64,000 nt of DNA, from contig RHPI01002262.1 of assembly GCA_009103225.1 (NCBI GenBank), positions 598,317 to 662,316 of the forward strand, written 5' to 3'. The stretch comes from Chlorokybus atmophyticus. Lineage: Eukaryota; Plantae; Mesostigma and Chlorokybus algae. Within the stretch, counting starts at the first letter, position 1. The number at the start of each line of letters is the position of its first letter. Of the stretch, positions 56,501 through 64,000 are shown in pieces. The position numbers and the translations under genes were made by a program. Below the pieces are notes generated by a model. That model was given only the letters and a program-made list of their open reading frames with translations, did not search any database and was not told the origin of the DNA.

Positions 56501-56866
56501 TTACAGACATTGTGTTAGTGGACAATATGTGACCACAAAAAGCACCTTTCAAATGCTGCACCCACTACAATGGACAATGCACACACTACATGACACCATC
56601 GTGCCCCTGCTCACGCTTGCAGAGGCATCCACACATGCGGGTATGACGACTTTGGTATGCTGTGAAGAAGAGCCCTACACGACAGTTGTAGATGCTGACG
56701 GTCATCATGTGTGAGCTGCAACTGCCTTGAGAATGTCATGCACGAATGCTCGCACTTACGCTAGCGCATGCACAATCCTGTCGAACTTGTTGGCGCCGTA
56801 CGCAGCCGCCAAGTACTCTCTGACAGCTGGCTGCCACTTGAGCACAGGCCTGAAGCAACGCTCCAT
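53537..56866 (-). CDS. NSUN6-like NOL1/NOP2/Sun RNA cytosine-C5 methyltransferase with PUA domain
   Basis: KWQPAVREYLAAAYG..ALARPP; PUA segment EIVVSRRCGEAVLRGAQVYVPGVL; QNLPSIVAAQVL, VIDMCAAPGGKTTAIA (SAM binding), FDRVLLDAPCSALGLRP (motif IV), GGTIVFSTCTLNPGENE (motif VI), FFIAKF. Stop TGA at 53539-53537. Confidence 0.93.
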
Positions 56867-57568
56867 GAACTACAAGATGGAGGCGACCCTTCTCCACCTG
56901 TGCAGCTTTGTCCTTCTTCTACTTGTAAAACTTCATGACCTGTTGAAGAAGTTATGATATATCCGCATGCCATTCTCACTTTTCACAGTGACGAGGTTAC
57001 GAACAAGCATGCAGACAACCACGACAGCAACTGCTGCTTAGCACCTTGAGGTTGGAAACCGGTTAAGAGATGCTTGCGAGAGGAGGAGGAGACTTCAGCT
57101 TACACGCCTGGGCCTTGAACTGCTTGCTAGAGCGCAATGTGATGCTGCTGTTGACTGTGGCAGCAATCCCAACTGTGCAAACACTGCTCCAAGCACAGTG
57201 CTCAGCTGCTAGTCAAGCGCTGTCAGGTCAGTGACCTGATAATGGAACCACAGCCAGCTCCGGTACTTGCTTAATGCACCTCTACAGTGCATGCTGTCAT
57301 AGCATTAAGCACCGATCCGGCGACGCCACCTACACCGCCACCCCCGCCGCCGCCAGGCACATCCATACTGGTGCGTTCAGTGCCTTAACAAAGTAAACTG
57401 GTAGCCTTCTCATTCACATGTTAATCGTGACATGCTTGACAGTGGTGAGAACTTTTTCAGATTGAACTGCTTCAGGCGTGCGTTAAGTGTTTCAGGCTAA
57501 ACTATTCAATGTCTTAATTGCATTGCCTTGCTGCAGCTTTGGCGGCGGCGGCGGCGGCGGCAACAACG

Positions 57569-60241
57569 ATGGCGGCGGTGGCGGCGTCGACCGTGGCGGG
57601 GCTGTGCAGCACGGATAGATTGGGTCAGCACTGTGTGGCTGTATCGGCCAGTAGCGCGCCTGAAAGGGCACGGCCAAGGCCGAGGCTGGCTCGTCTGGTG
57701 GCAAAGGTTAGCAAGCTGCAGTGACACACAAATTTTTGCATTGCATTTTGGTGGCAATTCTGCTGAACACCGTTACAGAAGCATGCAATCTGGCCTTGAC
57801 TGATCGCAATAACTTGCATGATTCATTGCATTGGCATCAGAAAGATGGTCTGTCTGTAATGTCGGGTCGAGCAACAACAACAATTATGTAGCAGAAGGGC
57901 TCATCAGTAAAGGCACCACTGTGTTGTAATTCTTTGCATAAGGGTTATGTTGAACTCCATCTCGCGACAATGCCTGTTGACGACAGTCATCATGTGTTCG
58001 CTCCGTTCTTGCTTTCACCATGAACTGTTGACATTGGCGTGGTTGACAACATATGTCCATCGTGAGATTTGCGGAATGGCTAGTGCCTGCAACGGTGTCT
58101 GCCTTAAATACGGCAAGGTCAGTCGTACTGTTCTGGAACCTGTTGTCAACCTCCACATGTACCTCTGCACATGCATGTGCGTGCATGCATCTGCGCACAT
58201 GCTAATGGACACACATGCATGCACAACACAAGTTCTCACCAACATAAACCACAGGCAGGCAAGGGCCCGCGCAGGAAAAGCAGTGGCGGCGAGGTGGCGG
58301 GCGGCGAGACAGAGTGGGCGAGGGGTTTTGGGGCTTCTTCGTCTTCGCTGTCTCGAGGACGAGCCGGGCAGGAAGCTAGGGTAGAACGCGCGGAAGATGT
58401 GGAGTTCTCAGCACCAGACAGAAGCGGTACAGAATTTGTTCCATGCTCTTTAAAATCTCAGGTCTGTTCATTCAGTAAACTCCAATAAAGAGCCGATTGC
58501 GTCAGCATGGTGTGTGCGCGCGGGCGTGCGTGTTGTATTCCGTGTGTGCGTGATATTCATGTGTAAGGCGCATCAAGCGCTATGCAGTAGTATGCAATGC
58601 ACCACGTTTCTGCATGAAAATCTAAGTTGGGTTGGTAGAGATGAGATGATGAAACAGTCACTGGCAGTGTGCATGCACCTGGATATTGACAGCAGTGCAT
58701 GAATGCTTTGTGAGTGTCAGCACTACGCGACTGGTATGCACACAAGGCACATGTGCTCTAAGCGGACGTGTCCCGATACCTTCAGGCGCAGACGAAGAGG
58801 TGGACATGGATGACGAGGAGCTGGAGGAGCTTGATTTCGACGACTTGGTAGACGCTGCTGAAGGTACTTACCCTGACAACATAACTGTGGTTGAGTCGTA
58901 CCATCACATAGCCATCACCGACTAGCTATGGCGTTAGTTGCACAATGCATCTGAATGCTTCCGGGAATCTATGCATGGCTGGCAGTCATTGTTGCCTTTT
59001 GCTTTGCACATCACCCAGCAGCTGCTACAAACCTTCTCGCACAGAACAAGGGTGCATGTCTTCAAGACCCAACTGAAACAGTCTGTTTTACTGTAATGTG
59101 CTGCCAGGTGGGCTTGATGTCGAGGAATGGCAGAGCAAAGACATAGGCGCAAGGATAGGAACAAGCGAAGAAGTTGAAGATGATGATGACAGTCGGAAGT
59201 GTGAGTGCTGACTCTCGTACTTTGGTCGTATTGCTGTTATCATTTGGGGGCGCATACAACGAGCGACAGATAGCAGTTGACCGGTATGCCGCACAAGCGC
59301 GAATGTGTGGCACACCGTGGATAGTATGTGCCACACGCACTGAAGTGTGTGCCACAGTGTTAGGCTACTGGCAAGTTGCGTGCATTCCAAGCAACTTAAT
59401 GTGTTAATTATTACAACTGTTGGGATGATAACAAACGACAAATTACAATTACTTGCTTGCTGCTTGCCTTAGGTTGCTGAAGTATGCACTCTGCTGTTGT
59501 CATGCGCACTCACATGCTTTTCTTTGTCGCATTCAGCTGCTTATCTGCTTGTTAAGCCTGGCATGACATTTGCTGTGGTGCTTGGCAGTTGCGGTGGCAC
59601 TTGCAGAGGCGGCCAATGAGATCAAGGCAGTGGACCTGCTCGTGTTGCATGTGGCGCCGCTGGTGTATTGGACGCGCTTCTTCGTGCTGGTCACGGGCTT
59701 CTCGCGTCCGCAGATCGAGGCTATATCGTAAGCAATCTGTCTGCACTGCATTATTGCCACGCTCTCGTACGCACAAAGTCTGTTTCTAGACACAACCCAC
59801 AACTTAGTCAACAGGCCAGCAGAGTGGACTATGTTGTGTATGCGTGCTCCGGCCGTCATCAAGAACTGCAGATACTCTGTTTGACATGAGCCTGTGCGCA
59901 CCTTGGTCATTGCTTGTGTGATTGGCGTATTCATGAACAGGCAAAAGATGAAGGATGTCGCAGAGGAGCAGTTTGATAGGAGATTAGACGAGAAGGCCGA
60001 CCGCATGCAAACCAGCTGGATCTTGCTTGATTTTGGTAAGCATGGCAACCTCGGAAGCGCATTATGAATCAAACAGACCTTGATAGAATGTGTGATGCCG
60101 AGTATGCAAGCTCTAACACGTAGTCTGTGTTAAGGTGATGTGGTTGCGCATGTCTTCCTGCCCTCCGAACGGGAGTACTACAACCTCGAGTCGTTTTACG
60201 GTGCTGCGGAGGCGGTTGATCTACCTTTTGCAGCCCTCTGA
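57569..60241 (+). CDS. RsfS: Plastid Iojap/RsfS ribosome silencing/biogenesis factor
   Basis: Transit-like N-terminus, acidic linker, then [72 protein letters not shown]; stop TGA at 60239-60241. Confidence 0.92.
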
Positions 60242-60945
60242 GCGACTGAACACATGATACGTATGTGCAATGCAAGGTGCCCTTAGTTAGGGCCTTGTGG
60301 CTGTGCTGGTGAAGAGTTTTGCATGGCTCTTGAAGCGGTGAGGGCCACAACTTCGCTCGTACTTGTGCTTCGCTGTCTGCACCCAGGCATTCGCTTCGTT
60401 GCCATGAACTTATATGTCAAGCGCAATCCTTGCGTCAATCCTTGGTTCACACAGTATTGTGCGAGTCACGCGTGCAAACATGGCTGATTTTCATTTTACC
60501 ACCAGCTCAGCAAAGCAAGTTTGGCATCACCAAACCACCACTCGTGTAGCACAGCTTTAAGGCTTGTAAGCTGCTTCAAGGGCACAATCAGTGAACGCCT
60601 AAAGAAGCCTGCATCTCACATGCTACCCCTTCTTTGCTTTGTAGTGGCAACACATTGTCAAACATCTCATGTGACTCATCTCGGCCGCATCATGCTGACA
60701 TTGCAAAAGCAGCACACACTTCACAACACAATCTTGTATCAAATCGGTTAGACGAAAATCTTTTATCACCAAGCAGGTATACTGCACTGGGCACAGCTCC
60801 TGGGCTCTACCTACAAAACAACTGCTGGAATTATGTATTGCATGACGTATTCAAACAGTTTGCCAGCGAAACATACCAAACACAACTCAGCCAACCCTAC
60901 GCACACAAGTCTACTCTCACTAGTGTGAACCACAACCAGAACACA

Positions 60946-61010
60946 ACTGCTTAGGCTAGCAGTCTACTACTGTGCAGTATGAACTGTAGTAGACTGCTAG
61001 CCTAAGCAGT
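60946..61010. repeat. Perfect 25-bp inverted repeat with a 15-nt loop, plus a third partial copy (61009-61025) in the CDS
   Basis: ACTGCTTAGGCTAGCAGTCTACTAC (60946-60970) is the exact reverse complement of 60986-61010. Confidence 0.95.
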
Positions 61011-63519
61011 AGTAGACTGCTAGCCTGGGCTTGCGCGTGGCGTCTCTGGAGGAGTAGAAGCCATACCAGTTGGGTGTTTTATCGCCATTGGTTCGCTTGC
61101 CAAAGTAGCCTCTAAACTGCACGATGCCGGCTTTAGGGAAGGCGCTGAGCTTAGAGGACCTGAGGTAGTAATTCAGGTAGTAGCGCTGCAGGGAGCTCCT
61201 GGCAACATTTATGTTCTCGCCGCGCTTCTGCACAAAGTCTGCTGGAGTCAAGCTCTTGGAACCGGTGAACGCGCGCGACATGTCGAGGTAGAGGCTGCCA
61301 AACTTGCCATTGCGCATTGGCGTGGGGTTGACGGATGAACCACGCCTGAGCACGAGCGTGACGCTGCGCAAGTACGCTTTGCGTGGGATGCTGCGGGTGC
61401 TGCACGAGACGAAGAACTTGAACTGAGAGGCGCCGCTGTCACCCACGCGAAGGCCACCTGGACCCCGGCCATGGCGGTAGACTGTCCCTGAGGCGAGCCT
61501 GCTTGGGAGGGCAGCAATGTAGCCGTCGTCGCTGCTGCCAGTGTTGCAAGTGATGCTCACGCGCCGGCATGTCTTGCGGGAACCACACTCGGTGGTCAAG
61601 CACGAGCGACCAGCAGCAAAGTTCTTGATCAGAGGCACCGTGTCGCTGCTGCGGAAGACATTCACGCCCTGGATGCTGGGGTACATCGTGTACGCGATGC
61701 TGTTGATGTGCATGGAGCTCCACGAGTGACCCAGCTCGTGCGCTGTGGTGTCGGTCACGTCTCCAAGCGAGGGACTCCAGTCTGACTGCGCCACTGAGTA
61801 GGCGTAGCTAGTGACGCACGTCGTGCCAACATAGGCATTGCCGATGACATTGCTGGACATCTGCCTGCAACGACAAACAAGCCCAGATGAGTCGGAAGGA
61901 GAAGGGTCAGTTGTTGCAGTGCACACGCACTGAGAGCCACACAGACGCCCATTGACGAGCACGCACACGCTTGCACACCCAGACAGACACCATCCCACCC
62001 ACCCACACGCACATGCACACAACCATGCACAAGTAGTAAGCACAGTACCTGCCAGTAAAGAGCTGAGCCAGATCGCGCTTCACACTCTGGCGGTTGTTAT
62101 TCCACTCGTTGGTCATCTGTGTCAGCAAGTTGTTGACATCGTTGGCGGAGTACGGGTCGGCCCTGTTTGAGCTTCGCACGATCACCGTGGTGAGCTTGTG
62201 CCGAATCTGCACTTGGGAGAGGTACTGCGGACATGCCATTGCTGTTACCATGACATCAACAACTGTCATCTAGTCGACTGCAAGACAATGCATGCAGCTG
62301 ACCTGCTTATTGACAATGTTGACGATGGTAGCAATGCGACTGTTAACTCCACTCGCGCTGCCATACCTTTGGAAGTAGGGATAGTCTAGCAGAAGGCAAA
62401 CAAACAGACATCAGAGTTGTACTCTTCAGCCAAAGTAATCAACAACAGCACAGAAGCATCCACCAACCTGTGTCAATCGCCAGCTCCGCCACGTAGTTGC
62501 AGCCGACGCCCAGTGCTTGTGCTCGAAGAGGCTGCATGCAGCCACAACGTCAATGCACATCCAACAAGGGTGAACAAAGCCACTTGCGACATGAAGAAAA
62601 ATCATAGCGAGTGCGAGAGGCTAACTTACCGTCTCGACTGCCAGTGTCATGGCGTGATCCATATGCCTGGGCTCTGCACAGCTGGCATGGGAAGTGCCAA
62701 GTGCAGATCTTTTATACACAGCATGCGTTGAGGCTGGGACATCCAGCGTGCTTCTTCCCCGCCGAGGGACTGGCTCAATGAAATACTCAATGCCGCCCTT
62801 ATCAATGTACGCGTGCAAGCCATCCTCGTGCAGGGAGCCAGCAACCGCAGACCCATTGTGGCCGTACAGCCTGCCGCAGACAGTGTGCTCCGGACCAGCT
62901 TCGTGCTCTACCAGCTCGCCGTCCTCATTCTGCACCAGCAGCTGGAAGCCCTCTGCCCTCACTGAGCAAGGCTCCAGCTCCATCTGGTGAAGTTCCCCAT
63001 CTAACAGGACGCTCTGCATTGAGAATGCAACACAACAATGAGTACCCCGAAACAGAGGATGACCACTGCAGTGTGACAACTGTTGTAACATGCAGAAGCT
63101 AAGACTACGGCATGAGAAGTACATGCACGCAAGCCAAGCTAGCACTGTGGTTTTCATGGCTGAGCTTGGTGCATACTGCACAACAGACGAGACACTGCAA
63201 AGGCCTTGCGCTGTAAAAGTTGTATGTAGGAAACAGCATGGAGTGTGTCATGACGTCGCACACTGGACACGTGACAAGCAAGCAGCAATGACAACAATGC
63301 AGAAACACACACAAACACCCAAGCTAGCGATGCTGTCACACGTACCACAAGGCTTGGTTTATGGAGGAGGACGTGCTGAACTTCGGCATGCGTCAAGTTG
63401 AGGGTGTGGCGAGCATGCTCTTGCAAACCAGCACTTGCGATGACAGCGCTGGCAGCAGTAGTAGCAGCTGCCCACCTCACCAGACCCAGCAGAACCACCA
63501 GCAGCAGAAGACGAGCCAT
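60997..63519 (-). CDS. Secreted M12B (reprolysin-like) zinc metalloprotease with prodomain and a C-terminal DNRLRE-like beta domain
   Basis: Signal peptide MARLLLLVVLLGLVRWAAA; prodomain (ELEPCSVRAEGFQLLVQ..GSAVAGSLHEDGLHAYI..YFIEP); ELAIDTDYPYF; RDLAQLFTG; IGNAYVG; zinc motif TAHELGHSWSSMH; Met-turn YTMYPS. The C-terminal domain runs DDGYI..LRVGD..FKFFVS..SVTLVLRRG..QFRGYF..FYSS..KPRLAVYY. Stop TAG at 60999-60997. Confidence 0.92.
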
Positions 63520-64000
63520 CTTCGTTATGCAAACCAGCTGGTTGCAAAGATAGTTTGCAACTGCTATGCTCCGCTATTCTTAGCAGACTGACAATCCACA
63601 AGCGCAATGCCTAGACAACAGCGAAATGGTGCTTACGTACACTCATTCACAGGTACTTATAGCTAGCAAACCGCCTGAGGCAACCGCCTGCACAGCGACA
63701 CGCGACTGGCATGTCTATCCTCTCTTGCCTCCAGCAGAAGCCAAAAATGATGGCGCCAATGCTGCCCCCAGCACCACCGCCGCCGCCGCCACCGCTGCCG
63801 CCACCACTAGCCAGTACCACTGCGTTTTGACTATGCACACTGATGTGACACCCTCGCCGTTAAGCGAAAGGCACAGCGGTTCCGCGAAAAAATGCCGCCG
63901 CATCGTTCCGTCTAACCGCACCCGCAGGTAACGGCGATGGCGCCCGCCTCGCACCATTCATTGTCTGTCGCATTTCCCAAAATCAGTCACACATCACACT

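Noticed and set aside
63630-64000. Possible first exon of a plus-strand gene (donor-like CGCAG|GTAAC at ~63928)
   Set aside because: No convincing start or frame within the window; it could equally be promoter or 5' UTR sequence of the reprolysin gene.

Overview
This is intron-rich eukaryotic nuclear DNA from a green plant lineage, most likely a green alga. The evidence is GT-AG introns of about 50-900 nt packed with degenerate CA/TG/GCAT repeats, several plastid transit-peptide-like N-termini and plant-type gene families; the species cannot be determined from sequence. It is a draft assembly with two N-gaps and long poly-C runs. I can reconstruct 12 recognisable multi-exon genes: CDPK, a CobW/COG0523 His-rich GTPase, C2-type phospholipase D, an LPA1-like DUF3493 protein, an alpha/beta hydrolase, a signal peptide peptidase, two head-to-head GT34 paralogs, a YbhB/YbcL-type PEBP, a BI-1/Lifeguard protein, an NSUN6-like m5C methyltransferase, plastid RsfS/Iojap and a secreted M12B reprolysin. 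There are also two weakly supported unknown genes. Most ORF-track entries are artefacts of intronic simple repeats or gaps. The most striking structure is a ~1.03 kb near-palindrome at 30298-31330. It is made of two tail-to-tail miniature LTR retroelements (TRIM-like: ~75-79 bp LTRs, tRNA-iMet-type PBS, polypurine tract). One 5-bp target-site duplication flanks the pair, so it appears to have integrated as a single unit, and each arm carries tRNA-type A/B-box motifs. Other highlights are a bacterial-looking reprolysin with a DNRLRE-like C-terminal domain whose stop codon lies in a perfect 25-bp hairpin, a start codon apparently split by an intron, and a GT34 pair with almost no intergenic space. 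All gene models and family calls were made by eye and from recalled motifs; no database searches were run.
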